64,000 nucleotides of DNA from Christensenella sp. UBA7703 (lineage in GTDB: Bacteria; Bacillota; Clostridia; Christensenellales; CAG-138): contig DLGD01000028.1 in assembly GCA_002482505.1 (NCBI GenBank), positions 3,682-67,681 of the forward strand, in the 5' to 3' direction. How positions within the stretch are numbered: the stretch's first letter is position 1; the number at the start of each line of letters is the position of its first letter. The position numbers were made by a program, and so were the translations under genes. The notes under the pieces were generated by a model. That model did not search any database, was not told the origin of the DNA, and saw only the letters and a program-made list of their open reading frames with translations. Shown in pieces: positions 1 to 10,711 of the stretch.

Positions 1-614
1 ACGCGGACGCAGCGGGATTGCAGTATTGCACCGATTTGGTCTATCTCGATCTGGTGAACAACAAGATCACTGATCTTTCGTTTGTGAAAAGCCTGCTCAA
101 GCTACGTATGCTTAGCATCGGCAACAACAAAGTCACGGATATCTCCGCGCTCTCCTCGCTTGCCGAACTGGAATTTCTGGATCTTTACGCAAACGCGATT
201 GCGGATCTTACGCCGATTACGGGGCTCACAAAGCTGACCAACCTGAACTGCGCGCGCATCGGGCTGACGGATGTGACCACGCTCAGCGGTATGAAACAGC
301 TCAAGATGCTCTGGATGATGAACAACAAGATCACCAAAGACGACCTGGCCAAGCTGACCGAAGCACTGCCGGAATGCACGATCAACGTGCGCGGCACCAA
401 TCCGCTGGCGGCGGACTGGCATCTGGCCTCGATCTATCACGAGTTTGAGATCGCCGCCGGCCTCGTCGCGCCCGACCCGACCGCAACGCCGGAAGCCAGC
501 GCAAGCCCGGCTGCTTCTACCACGCCGGACGCTTCCGCTTCGCCTGCAACGTCTGCAACGCCCGCGCCGAAGACGACGCCAACGCCGCTGCCTACGGCTA
601 CACCGAAGAAGTAA
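1..614 (+). CDS. Leucine-rich-repeat protein, C-terminal part (5' end outside window)
   Basis: Frame is open to the window edge (the ORF-track start at 18 is an internal TTG). Repeated ~22-aa LRR units (LVYLDLVNNKITDLSFV, LRMLSIGNNKVTDISAL, LEFLDLYANAIADLTPI ...) are followed by a Pro/Thr/Ala/Ser-rich tail. No LPXTG-type signal seen. Confidence 0.7.
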   Translation, partial: ADAAGLQYCTDLVYLDLVNNKITDLSFVKSLLKLRMLSIGNNKVTDISALSSLAELEFLDLYANAIADLTPITGLTKLTNLNCARIGLTDVTTLSGMKQLKMLWMMNNKITKDDLAKLTEALPECTINVRGTNPLAADWHLASIYHEFEIAAGLVAPDPTATPEASASPAASTTPDASASPATSATPAPKTTPTPLPTATPKK

Positions 615-655
615 CGGTTTCGGACAAACCAAACCAAGACTAGCTATTTTAGCAA

Positions 656-693
656 AGAGCCTGTCCCATCAATCGGGGCAGGCTCTGTTTTTA
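656..693. terminator. Intrinsic terminator between convergent genes
   Basis: Inverted repeat agagcctgtccc / ggggcaggctct followed by TTTTT. A-rich on the other side, so possibly bidirectional. Confidence 0.6.
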
Positions 694-756
694 TTGCGGT
701 TTGTGGTTTTTACGCGAAGCTTTGGATCGCGCAGCGAGATCACACCAGATCAATGA

Positions 757-1449
757 TCAACCAATGACCGCACGGACGTTTAGCCCGAGGGTGTTGATCA
801 CATGCCGGATATGGATGCTCATCGCGCTCTTTGCGCCCGCGCCGTCCCGCAGGCGGAGAAAACTGACCATATCCCGATTGTCATAGATCACGATATTCTT
901 GAGATCCTCGATGTTTTCCGTCATCTCCATCGCTTCGTTGACGGCGGCGTTGATGATCGGGAACATGCGGATGATGAACTCGTTGTGCGAGGCTGCGGCG
1001 ATCATCTCATGGAAACGCTGGTCCTCGTCCGGCCAGTTTCCGTCCGAACGCACGAGGGATTCCACCAGACGCGCCTGCGTAAAGATACCCTCCAGCTCGT
1101 CCTCCGTGGCACGAAAACAGGCGAGCATCATGCACTGTGGCTCAAACATCAGTCGGATTTCATACATATCCGCAAGCCGCGTGTGGCTCAGTACGCCCAT
1201 GTCATACTTGTGAAACATGGAAAGATCGTCGCTGATAAACGTACCGCGTCCGCGCTGTACACTCAGAATCCCTTGTGCGATGAGATAATGCACAGCTTCG
1301 CGCAGCGTGGTTCTGCTCACGCCGAGACTTGTGGCAAGTTCATTTTCGTTTGGCAGCTTTTCGCCAACGGAAAACTTCTTTTGCAGCACGATCATGTTGT
1401 AAAGTTCGGTTGCCGTCCGTTCGGAAAGGCTTCTGTTGTCGCCGGACAT
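757..1449 (-). CDS. GntR-family transcriptional regulator with FCD-type ligand domain
   Basis: Winged-HTH signature ELATSLGVSRTTLREAVHYLIAQGILSVQRGRGTFI plus a helical C-terminal domain. Start chosen at ATG 1449 (AGAAGGTG 8 nt upstream). ATG 1518 lacks an RBS. Confidence 0.8.
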   Translation of the reverse strand: MSGDNRSLSERTATELYNMIVLQKKFSVGEKLPNENELATSLGVSRTTLREAVHYLIAQGILSVQRGRGTFISDDLSMFHKYDMGVLSHTRLADMYEIRLMFEPQCMMLACFRATEDELEGIFTQARLVESLVRSDGNWPDEDQRFHEMIAAASHNEFIIRMFPIINAAVNEAMEMTENIEDLKNIVIYDNRDMVSFLRLRDGAGAKSAMSIHIRHVINTLGLNVRAVIG

Positions 1450-1540
1450 GAAATAGTACACCTTCTCTTTGGGTTGATTTGCGTTTTTTGTCAATTCCCG
1501 CGTTTCAGCAGAGAACATCTTGATATAACAATCTGGTTTT

Positions 1541-1655
1541 CAAACATCATACATCATATATTTTCGTCTTACAAGCGCGGAAGGGTGTTTGGACTTGACA
1601 TCATACGACTGATTTAGTAGTATGATGTCGTATCAAAATATCATACATCATACAA
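1541..1655 (+). promoter_or_regulatory. buk-operon promoter with overlapping palindromic operator and flanking ATCATAC repeats
   Basis: TTGACA (1595-1600), 17 nt, TAGTAT (1618-1623). Perfect inverted repeat GACATCATAC (1597-1606) / GTATGATGTC (1620-1629). ATCATACATCATA also at 1546-1558 and 1640-1652. Confidence 0.6.
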
Positions 1656-1746
1656 CTCATAATATCCCATCGTTCGTGTAATGACAGAATAAAAGGACAA
1701 TAACAGATTGAGCCAGCAACAGCCAAACGAAAGGAAACACGCAGGG

Positions 1747-2814
1747 ATGAATGTTCGAATCCTCGCGATCAATCCCGGTTCCTCGACGACGAAACTCGCG
1801 GTTTACGAGCGCGAGACTCCTCTCTTTGAGGAAACGATGGAGCATAACGGCAGCGCGATTGCCTACAGCCAGGACCCGCAGGGGGCGCTCGCGTTTCGGA
1901 TGGAGCATATTTTGGCTTCTCTTGCGGCGCATGGCGTTGCACTCGATTCGCTCGATGCGGTCGTTGGCCGCGGCGGACTTCTCCGCCCGATTCCCGGCGG
2001 CGTTTACACGGTGAACGAGCGGATGCTTGCCGACCTCAAAAGCGGGAAATATGGCGACCATGCCTCAAATATGGGCGGTATGCTCGCGGACATTCTCGGG
2101 AAAAATCTGAACATTCCCGCGTTTATCGCGGACTCCGTGGTTACAGACGAACTCTGCCCGTTCGCCCGGCTATCCGGTCATCCTCAGATCAGCCGGGTTT
2201 CTGTGTTTCATGCGCTGAACCAGAAGGCGAAAGCGCGGCGTTTTTGCGCGGAGCGCGGGCTGAACTACAGCGAAATCAACCTGATCATCGCGCATATCGG
2301 CGGGGGAGCCACCATCGGCGCGCATGAAAAAGGCCGTGTGATCGACGTCAACGATGGTCTCGGCGGGGAGGGCCCATACAGCGCGCAACGCTGCGGTGGG
2401 CTGCCGACCAACGCGGTTCTTCATTTGATGGAACAAGAGCAGCTGAATGCGACAGCGCTGCTGCGCAAGTTCAACACCAAAGGCGGGTTATTAGGCTATC
2501 TGGGAACCGACGACGGGAAAGAGATCAGCCGCCGCGCGCAGAGCGGAGACGAGAGAGCGCGCCTTGTCTACGAGGGCATGGCGTATCAGGTTGCAAAAGA
2601 GATCGGCGCTTGTGCGGCGGTTCTCAAAGGCGACGTAAATGCGATTATCCTAACCGGCGGTTTTGCGCGGGACGCGATGTTTACAGGCTGGATTGCCGAG
2701 CGGACAAGCTTTATTGCCGAGATCGTGGTCATGCCCGGCGAGGACGAGCAGCAGGCGCTTTGCGAAGCGGCGCGGCGCGTGCTGACGGGGCAGGAGCAGG
2801 CGCTGGAGTATTGA
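1747..2814 (+). CDS. buk: Butyrate kinase
   Basis: ASKHA N-terminal motif ILAINPGSSTTKLAVY. ~355 aa with butyrate-kinase-like sequence throughout. Start ATG 1747 preceded by GAAAGGAAA. Confidence 0.85.
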   Translation: MNVRILAINPGSSTTKLAVYERETPLFEETMEHNGSAIAYSQDPQGALAFRMEHILASLAAHGVALDSLDAVVGRGGLLRPIPGGVYTVNERMLADLKSGKYGDHASNMGGMLADILGKNLNIPAFIADSVVTDELCPFARLSGHPQISRVSVFHALNQKAKARRFCAERGLNYSEINLIIAHIGGGATIGAHEKGRVIDVNDGLGGEGPYSAQRCGGLPTNAVLHLMEQEQLNATALLRKFNTKGGLLGYLGTDDGKEISRRAQSGDERARLVYEGMAYQVAKEIGACAAVLKGDVNAIILTGGFARDAMFTGWIAERTSFIAEIVVMPGEDEQQALCEAARRVLTGQEQALEY

Positions 2815-2837
2815 GCGCAACGCAGGAAGAGGACGAA

Positions 2838-3509
2838 ATGAACGATCATCTGACCATCGTCACCGGGCACTATGGCAGCGGCAAGACAGAGTTTGCCGTG
2901 AACCTTGCCTTCCACCTCTCGCGGGAGGGAAACGCGGTGACGCTTGCAGACCTCGACATCGTGAACCCCTATTTTTGCTCCCGCGAACGCAAGCAGGAGC
3001 TCACGCAGCAGGGCATCCGCGTGATCGTCTCCAAGGGAGCGGATTCCGACCTGCCTGCCATCAACCCCGAAGTATACGCGCTGTTTGAGCCCGGTGTTTG
3101 CGGCATCATCGACGCGGGCGGGGATGCGGTCGGCGCGCAGACGCTCGGACGATTCTCGCAGAAGATCAAGTGCGTTCCCTATGAGCTACTATGCGTGGTA
3201 AATTTCAACCGCCCCGAGACGAATACGCCGCAAAAAGCGGAGGCGTATCTTCGGCAGATTGAATACAGCGCGCGTCTGAGTGTCACCGGCCTCGTGAACA
3301 ACACGCATCTGGATCACGAAACCACGACGCAGGACATCCTGCGCGGGGCGGAGCTGAGCGAAGAACTCTCAACCCTTTCGGGGGTGCCTGTGATCTATCA
3401 CGCGTTTGAGGAACGTTTTTCCGGCAGGCTCAACCTGCCGCAGGACAAGCAGTTTCCGATGCAGCTGTATATGAGAAAGCCCTGGGAGTTTGAGTCGACT
3501 GTTATCTGA
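2838..3509 (+). CDS. SIMIBI-class (MinD/CooC-like) P-loop NTPase, function unknown
   Basis: Walker A GHYGSGKTE near the N-terminus and a later DAGGD motif. ATG 2838 lies 24 nt after the buk stop. The upstream part of the 299-aa ORF overlaps buk and is Arg-rich shadow sequence. Confidence 0.6.
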   Translation: MNDHLTIVTGHYGSGKTEFAVNLAFHLSREGNAVTLADLDIVNPYFCSRERKQELTQQGIRVIVSKGADSDLPAINPEVYALFEPGVCGIIDAGGDAVGAQTLGRFSQKIKCVPYELLCVVNFNRPETNTPQKAEAYLRQIEYSARLSVTGLVNNTHLDHETTTQDILRGAELSEELSTLSGVPVIYHAFEERFSGRLNLPQDKQFPMQLYMRKPWEFESTVI

Positions 3510-3541
3510 TGCAACAGGAACCCAATGACGAAGAGTAAGAG

Positions 3542-3760
3542 GTGATTCGATTGTCCGGAACCGTTACATTTTTTGAAGAGCGCTGCAAGGGCTGCGAGCT
3601 GTGCCTTTCCGTTTGCCCGCGGCATATCATCGTAATGCGCGCCGCGACAAACGCAAAGGGATATCATCCCGCAACGGTGGAGCGCATGGAAGAATGCACC
3701 GGCTGCGCAAGCTGCGCGCGGATGTGTCCGGACAGCGTGATCACTGTGGAAAGGGGCTGA
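3542..3760 (+). CDS. 2-oxoacid:ferredoxin oxidoreductase delta subunit (2x[4Fe-4S] ferredoxin)
   Basis: Two CxxCxxCxxxCP motifs (CKGCELCLSVCP, CTGCASCARMCP). 72 aa, immediately upstream of the alpha subunit. Exact start uncertain (GTG 3542 or TTG 3551). Confidence 0.8.
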   Translation: MIRLSGTVTFFEERCKGCELCLSVCPRHIIVMRAATNAKGYHPATVERMEECTGCASCARMCPDSVITVERG

Positions 3761-3764
3761 GCCA

Positions 3765-4829
3765 ATGGCAAAGGAACTCTGGAAGGGCAACGAGGCGGTG
3801 GCGGAGGCCGCAATCCGCGCGGGCTGCCGCTATTTCTTCGGCTATCCCATCACCCCGCAAAACGAAATTCCCGAGTATTTTGCCCGCCATATGCCGGAGC
3901 ATGACGGCGTTTTTGTGCAGGCCGAGAGCGAGGTTGCCGCGGTAAACATGGCATACGGCGCGTCGGGATGCGGAGCGCGGGTGATGACCTCCTCCTCGTC
4001 GCCGGGAATCAGTCTCAAGCAGGAGGGGATTAGCTATATCGCCGGAGCGGAGTTGCCCGTGGTCATCGTGAATATGATGCGCGGGGGCCCGGGACTTGGC
4101 AGCATCGCGCCCGCGCAGGCGGACTATTTTCAGGCGACGCGTGGCGGCGGGAACGGGGACTATCGCACCGTGGTGCTTGCTCCCGCGACGATTCAGGAGA
4201 TGACCGACCTCACCCAGGAGGCGTTTGAGATTGCAGACCTCTATCGTATCCCTGTGCTGATCTTAGCCGATGGCATGATTGGGCAGATGATGGAGGCGGT
4301 GGAGTGGAAGAAGCCGAAACCGCGCAAGCTGCCCAAAAAGGACTGGGCGACCAGCGGCACAAAGAACGCACGGACGCACAACATCATCAATTCTCTTTTC
4401 ATCGACCCAAAGGATTGCACCGAACACAACAAGAAGCTTCAAGAAAAACATGATTTGATCGCGCAAAACGAAATTCAATATGAAGAATACAGGACCGACG
4501 ACGCGGAGGTGCTGTTCGTGGCCTATGGCACAACGGCGCGGATCTGTCAGGCGGCGGTGCTCAAACTCCGCGAAGCGGGCGTGAAGGCGGGGGTGTTCCG
4601 GCCGATCTCGCTCTGGCCGTATCCGGAACAGGCGCTGTATGCCTGCGCCAACCGCGCGGGTGTGAAGGCGGTTGTCTGCGCGGAGATGAGCATGGGGCAG
4701 ATGATCGACGATGTGAAGATTTCGCTCGCCGGCAGCAAACCTGTCTCCTTCTTCGGCACAGGCGGCGGAACGTTCCCCACGCCGGTGGAGCTGATGCAGG
4801 CGGCACAAAGCGCGCTGAAAGGAGTGTAA
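3765..4829 (+). CDS. 2-oxoacid (2-ketoisovalerate-type):ferredoxin oxidoreductase alpha subunit
   Basis: 354 aa. N-terminal KGNEAVAEAAIRAGCRYFFGYPITPQNEI is typical of the VorB/KorA/PorA family. Confidence 0.85.
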   Translation: MAKELWKGNEAVAEAAIRAGCRYFFGYPITPQNEIPEYFARHMPEHDGVFVQAESEVAAVNMAYGASGCGARVMTSSSSPGISLKQEGISYIAGAELPVVIVNMMRGGPGLGSIAPAQADYFQATRGGGNGDYRTVVLAPATIQEMTDLTQEAFEIADLYRIPVLILADGMIGQMMEAVEWKKPKPRKLPKKDWATSGTKNARTHNIINSLFIDPKDCTEHNKKLQEKHDLIAQNEIQYEEYRTDDAEVLFVAYGTTARICQAAVLKLREAGVKAGVFRPISLWPYPEQALYACANRAGVKAVVCAEMSMGQMIDDVKISLAGSKPVSFFGTGGGTFPTPVELMQAAQSALKGV

Positions 4830-4835
4830 GCAGTT

Positions 4836-5590
<755 letters not shown>

Positions 5591-5594
<4 letters not shown>

Positions 5595-6139
5595 CGCACG
5601 AAATCATCCTTTCAGGATTTGGTGGACAGGGCATTATGGCCATGGGCAAGATGCTCGCGGAGGCGGGCATGCAGGAGGGCTTGAGCGTCAACTGGCTGCC
5701 GAGCTACGGGCCGGAGGTGCGCGGCGGCACCGCGAACTGCTCGGTGATGCTCAGCAGCGAGCCGATTGTCTCCCCGATTGTGCTGGAGCCCACGGAGATC
5801 ATCGTCATGAATAAACCCTCGCTTTTGCGCTTTGAGCCGCAGCTCAAGAGCGGCGGGCTTGCGTTTATCAACAGCAGCATCATCGAAATCCAGGCGATCC
5901 GGCACGATATTACGGCGTATTATGTGCCGTGCCTGGAGATTGCGCAGGAGCTTGGCAATCCGCGCGCGGCGAACATGGTCATGCTCGGTGCGTACATCGA
6001 GGTTACGCAGTGCCTGCACCCCAAAACGGTGGAAGAGATGCTTTCGCATCTGTTTTCCGGCGCAAAGGCAAACCTTGTCGCGCTCAACAAAGAGGCGCTC
6101 CGGCAAGGCGCGGCGTGCATCCTAAAAGTAGCTTCCTGA
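5591..6139 (+). CDS. 2-oxoacid:ferredoxin oxidoreductase gamma subunit
   Basis: Start ATG 5591 overlaps the beta-subunit stop. ILSGFGGQGIMAMGKMLA is the gamma-subunit signature. Confidence 0.85.
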
Positions 6140-6174
6140 AAAAATCTTTTCCAAACAATAAAGCGAGACGAACA

Positions 6175-6214
6175 AAAAGCGCGCTCCGTAATAGAGTGCG
6201 CTTCATTTGGTTTT
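6175..6214. terminator. Intrinsic terminator between convergent operons
   Basis: Stem aaagcgcgctc / gagtgcgcttt (one G-U pair) followed by T-rich cttcatttggtttt. Confidence 0.5.
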
Positions 6215-6244
6215 GGTGATTTGATTGGAAGAAACTGGGCTATG

Positions 6245-6961
6245 TCAGGACAGATACAGCACGCAGACCAACTCTGGGAAAACATCCCCGTCGCGGCGGT
6301 AGGCGAGGAAGCGATAACCGCCCTGTGTGTCCTTAAAGTCGTCTCCTGATTTTTTGAGCAGCATCACCTGCTCCGCCCAATAGTCTATAAATGAATCCTG
6401 CAACTCGTCCTTTGCATCCGCGGCGGGCAGCAGATCGCCCAACAGGACGCCGACCGCGTCCGTTAGCGCAAGCGTTTTCTCTTCGGCGATTTCGCGAAGC
6501 TGTGCGTCGATTTCTGATTTGCTCTTACTATCCGGTTGGTAGGGCAACGGAAAGGTGAACTCCAACGAGGCGATGCAGCCGTTTTCAAGCTGATACTTTA
6601 GGGTTGAGGTAATTTCGTCCGTCTCGCCATAGGTGAGTTCATATTGCTTTTTTTGCCCTCTTTGTTTGGCAGAAAACAAGCCGCTCGTGGCAAGATGCGT
6701 TTGAAAAACCGCCTCCGGCACGCCGCGCGAAGAAGCTTTTGCTTCGGCGGCGCTTGCGGGTACAGGGGTTTCATCCGGTTCGGCGGTCGTAGATTCGGTT
6801 TGCGCATTTTGAAAGGTGGTGGTTTCCGGTGAATCGGCCTTTGCCTGCCCGCCGGTTTCCGCGCGGGAAAGAAGATAGATCACCACGGCAGAGGCGACGA
6901 TCAACACGATCAACACGATAAACACGATGTTGGTGAGTTCACGACGGAGGATTTGCTTCAT
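6245..6961 (-). CDS. Membrane-anchored hypothetical protein
   Basis: One N-terminal hydrophobic helix (IVFIVLIVLIVASAVVIYLL), a Thr/Glu/Pro-rich linker, then a globular C-terminal part. No family recognised. Confidence 0.5.
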   Translation of the reverse strand: MKQILRRELTNIVFIVLIVLIVASAVVIYLLSRAETGGQAKADSPETTTFQNAQTESTTAEPDETPVPASAAEAKASSRGVPEAVFQTHLATSGLFSAKQRGQKKQYELTYGETDEITSTLKYQLENGCIASLEFTFPLPYQPDSKSKSEIDAQLREIAEEKTLALTDAVGVLLGDLLPAADAKDELQDSFIDYWAEQVMLLKKSGDDFKDTQGGYRFLAYRRDGDVFPELVCVLYLS

Positions 6962-6979
6962 TCCGCGTACACCTTATAC

Positions 6980-7011
6980 GAAAAATGTCAATCACGCAGA
7001 CGCGCGATTGA
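6980..7011 (-). terminator. Intrinsic terminator after the glycosyltransferase gene
   Basis: Minus-strand hairpin gtcaatcgcgc / gcgtgattgac followed by ATTTTT. Confidence 0.55.
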
Positions 7012-7102
7012 CACCAGTATAGCAGATCATTGTATTTTTACGCGAGATAGAACAATAATTTAAAACAAAATAGTTTAATTTGTCGAAATCTGTAAGGCGC
7101 TG

Positions 7103-8206
7103 TTATAGTCTGCCCTCGTGCAAAAACCGCACAACGTGTTTTGCGCCGTCCGCAATACTCTCGCTTTGCTGGCGACTGCGCATCTGTTCCTGCTTTTCGC
7201 CGTCTTTTGCGAGGGAGAGGGCAAGCGTCGCTGCCTCGTCATAGTTGCCTGCCAGCGCGCTCATGCCTTGCGCCGCAAAAAACTGTGTGGTTTGCGCCTC
7301 GAAGGAATCACCGGCAGGTAGATGCACCAGCGGGATACCGGAAAGCGCAGCCCTTGTGCTGAGCGCGCCGGAGGGGGAGCAAAGCATCACGTCGCACGCC
7401 GCGCAATAGAGCGCATGCGAATCTTCGCCGGAGAGTACCACAACCCGAATATCCCCGGAAAACCGCGCAACAAACGGGCTTTTCGGCGGCGCGCCATCGG
7501 GTGAGACAACGCAGACGCGCCCGTTTTCCCCGCGGATGCGGGAAAGCAGCGCAACAGTTGCCGCCTCCGGGTCGCTGGCCGCGGGAATATAGTAGCAGGG
7601 CATTCCCTGCGGCAGATTGAGGATTGCGCGCGCATCCACCCGATCCTCCGCACAAAACCAGTCGGAAGGTAGTGGAATTCCGGCGGGTATAATCTTCTTT
7701 GCAGGGATGCCGCGCGCTTCGTAAGCTGTCGTCAAGCTACCATGCGCGGTAAAATAGTGATCCAGCCGCGTTTCTTCCAAAAAAGGCACGCAGGCATAGT
7801 CACAGGAGAGGAAGCAGCAGCGTGCGGAGAATGCGAGCGTTTTGCGGATGTGGCTGACCGCCTCCGCGGGATATCGGTGCAGGCACAGAACCGCGTCAAA
7901 CTCGCCTTCGCGCAGCAGCGTCTCCAGATGCTCTGCATAGCGCGCGTTGACCGCATAGACGGTGGATTTTCGTTTGCCTTCGCGCAAGAACGCGGCTCCG
8001 GCAGAGAGAAACGCAAACCCGCGCGGGCTTGCAAGCGCCTCATTTTCCAGCGCTTTCAGGTAAGAGAGCGGCGGATGCTGCCCCAGCAGCACGCGCGCGC
8101 TGAGGGCGAGGCTCGTGTCCCCGCGTGCAGTAAACGCCTGCTTCAGCGCACGGACAACAACCTGCTGCCCTTCACTCTCGGAGCCGGTCAGGATCAATGT
8201 CCGCAT
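7103..8206 (-). CDS. Glycosyltransferase, MGDG-synthase/MurG-like (family 28-type)
   Basis: 367 aa. The two-domain layout and C-terminal block (DVMLCSPSGALSTRAALSGIPLVHL) resemble diacylglycerol glycosyltransferases. Assignment by eye only. Confidence 0.5.
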   Translation of the reverse strand: MRTLILTGSESEGQQVVVRALKQAFTARGDTSLALSARVLLGQHPPLSYLKALENEALASPRGFAFLSAGAAFLREGKRKSTVYAVNARYAEHLETLLREGEFDAVLCLHRYPAEAVSHIRKTLAFSARCCFLSCDYACVPFLEETRLDHYFTAHGSLTTAYEARGIPAKKIIPAGIPLPSDWFCAEDRVDARAILNLPQGMPCYYIPAASDPEAATVALLSRIRGENGRVCVVSPDGAPPKSPFVARFSGDIRVVVLSGEDSHALYCAACDVMLCSPSGALSTRAALSGIPLVHLPAGDSFEAQTTQFFAAQGMSALAGNYDEAATLALSLAKDGEKQEQMRSRQQSESIADGAKHVVRFLHEGRL

Positions 8207-8267
8207 TTCGGTTTTCCTCCCATCCCCATGTGAGAAAAATCGTGGATACTGTGTAGATTGCGAGGGC

Positions 8268-10601
8268 TCAGCCGCACTTGCTGAATCCGCACGCGCGGCA
8301 GATCACACAGCCGCCTTCGTGCTCTACCTTGCCGCCGCATTCCGGGCAAACATGCACTTCCGAAGCATTTGCGGGAACCTCAACGGTATCCGCCGGAACG
8401 AAGGGCGCGCTGCTCTGCGGAACCGGCGCGGGCTGCGGGGCAAGCGTCTTTGCCTGCGCATCCGGCGTGGTATAATCCGCGCCGCTGTCGATGTATTTGC
8501 TGACCTTGAGCAGTACGCGGGCGATCGCGTCCGGGCAGGAGGTACAGCTCATGTTCTTTTGCCGGATGGTGGAGGGGCAGCGAATTCCTTTGAGCTGGTC
8601 ATACACCTCGCTCATGGAGATGCCGCTTCTCAGCGCGATGGAGGCGAGCCTTGCCGTGGCCTCGCTCTGGCTCGGGCAGCCGCCCGCCTTGCCGGTGCTT
8701 GTAAATACCTCGCAAATGCCGTTTTCGTCGTAGTTGACGGTTACATACAGCGTGCCGCAGCCGATGTTCATCTTCTCCGTAAAGCCGCGGGTCACCAGCG
8801 GGCGCGGGCGCGGCTCGATCTTGCCGTAGTTCTCGGGCAGCGGCGCGTCCAGCTCCGGCTTGTCGGAGTCGGCTTTGCCGTCGTTGACTTTGCCGATGTT
8901 GAGCACCTGCCCCGTGCGGCTGCCGTCGCGATAGATGGTCACGCCCTTGAGCCCTTCCCGGAATGCCATCAGATAGACAGCGTGAACATCCTCTCGCGTG
9001 GCGGAGTTGGGGAAGTTGACCGTCTTGGAGACGGCGTTGTCCGTGTGCCGCTGGAATGCCGCCTGCATGCGGATGTGCGCTTCCGGCGAAATATCGTGCG
9101 CGCAGACGAACACGCGGCGCACCTCTTCGGGAATCTCCGCGATGTGCGCAATGGTCCCCTCAGACGCGATGCGCTGGTACATCTCCTCGCTGTCGAGCCC
9201 CAGAGAGCGGAGCTTTTCCATCAGCAGCGGGTTGACTTCGACCATTTGTGTGCCATCCATGACGTTTCGGATATAGACATAGCCAAACACGGGCTCCACA
9301 CCGGAGGAGCAGCCCGCGATGATCGAGAGCGTGCCCGTGGGTGCGATGGTGGTCACCGTCGCATTTCGGATGGGCTCGCCGTCCTTGAGCGTACTTTCGC
9401 CAAACAGCGGGAAAGCGCCGCGTGTTTTTGCCAACGCGCGGCTTGCGTTGTGCCCCGTCGCCTGAATGAACGACATCACGCGCTCTGCAAAGGCAACGCC
9501 TTCGTCGGAGTTATAGGGGATGCCGAGTGCCAGCAGCGCATCGGCAAAGCCCATCACGCCAAGTCCGATCTTTCGCGTGCTCCTGGTCATTTCGCCAATG
9601 TGCGCGAGCGGATAGTTATTCACGTCGATGACGTTATCGAGGAAATGGACCGCTTCCTCAACCGTGGTTTTTAAGAGGTCAAAGTCCAGCTTCACAACGC
9701 CGTCTTCGGTTTTGAGCAGCGATACAAGATCGATGGAGCCAAGGTTGCAGCTTTCGTAGGGCAGCAGCGGCTGCTCGCCGCAGGGGTTCGTGCTCTCAAT
9801 TTCGCCGACGGTGGGCACGACATTGTCCCGGTTGAGGCGGTCGAGGAACACGATGCCCGGTTCGCCCGTGGCCCATGCCGCGTCCACGATCTCTTCAAAC
9901 AACGCGCGGGCGCTGAGCTTTGCGACGCTGTGCTTCGTCTTCGGGTCGATGAGGTCATAATCCGCGCCCGCCTCGACGGCACGCATAAACGCCTCCGTCA
10001 ACCCGACGGAGATGTTGAAGTTGTTGATGTCGCTGGTATCGCTCTTGCAGCGGATGAACTCCAGAATGTCCGGATGATCCACGCGCAGGATGCCCATATT
10101 TGCCCCGCGTCGCGTGCCGCCCTGCTTGACGGCCTCGGTTGCGACGTTGAACACGCGCATGAAGCTGACGGGACCGCTCGCTACTCCGCCCGTGGAGCGG
10201 ACGGTTGCGCCTTTTTGCCGCAGGCGGGAGAACGAAAAACCCGTGCCGCCGCCGGATTTGTGGATCAGTGCCGCGTTTTTCACCGCCTCAAAGATCTCCT
10301 CCATGCTGTCGCCAACGGGCAGCACAAAGCACGCGGAAAGCTGCCCCAGCGGGCGGCCTGCGTTCATCAGCGTCGGCGAATTCGGCAGAAAGCGAAGCGA
10401 GGTCGTGAGCTCGTAAAATCGATTCGCGACCGCTTCTACATCTGCGTTCGGGTCATAGTTTGCGTCCGCCGCGGCTACCGCGCGCGCAACACGGAAAAAA
10501 AGGCCGGAGACGTCCTCCGTGACTTCGCCGTGTTCATTTTTTGCCAGATACCGCTTTTCGAGTACCTTCATCGCATTGTCGTTGATGCCACCAAGTGCCA
10601 T
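8268..10601 (-). CDS. nrdJ: Adenosylcobalamin-dependent (class II) ribonucleotide reductase
   Basis: RNR active-site block TNPCGEQPLLPYESCNLGSI. ~777 aa, single chain, no adjacent nrdB. C-terminal Cys-rich ribbon CPECGGKVEHEGGCVICRACG. Start ATG 10601 preceded by AAGGGGTGGGG. Confidence 0.85.
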   Translation of the reverse strand: MALGGINDNAMKVLEKRYLAKNEHGEVTEDVSGLFFRVARAVAAADANYDPNADVEAVANRFYELTTSLRFLPNSPTLMNAGRPLGQLSACFVLPVGDSMEEIFEAVKNAALIHKSGGGTGFSFSRLRQKGATVRSTGGVASGPVSFMRVFNVATEAVKQGGTRRGANMGILRVDHPDILEFIRCKSDTSDINNFNISVGLTEAFMRAVEAGADYDLIDPKTKHSVAKLSARALFEEIVDAAWATGEPGIVFLDRLNRDNVVPTVGEIESTNPCGEQPLLPYESCNLGSIDLVSLLKTEDGVVKLDFDLLKTTVEEAVHFLDNVIDVNNYPLAHIGEMTRSTRKIGLGVMGFADALLALGIPYNSDEGVAFAERVMSFIQATGHNASRALAKTRGAFPLFGESTLKDGEPIRNATVTTIAPTGTLSIIAGCSSGVEPVFGYVYIRNVMDGTQMVEVNPLLMEKLRSLGLDSEEMYQRIASEGTIAHIAEIPEEVRRVFVCAHDISPEAHIRMQAAFQRHTDNAVSKTVNFPNSATREDVHAVYLMAFREGLKGVTIYRDGSRTGQVLNIGKVNDGKADSDKPELDAPLPENYGKIEPRPRPLVTRGFTEKMNIGCGTLYVTVNYDENGICEVFTSTGKAGGCPSQSEATARLASIALRSGISMSEVYDQLKGIRCPSTIRQKNMSCTSCPDAIARVLLKVSKYIDSGADYTTPDAQAKTLAPQPAPVPQSSAPFVPADTVEVPANASEVHVCPECGGKVEHEGGCVICRACGFSKCG

Positions 10602-10711
10602 AGGAACCCCACCCCTTATCATAATCGCTTCAAAAATTGAATGATCAGGCTGTTAATAAAAACAGCACAGTCCTTTGTAGAAGACAAGACGCCTGATTCA
10701 GGCGCAAACTC

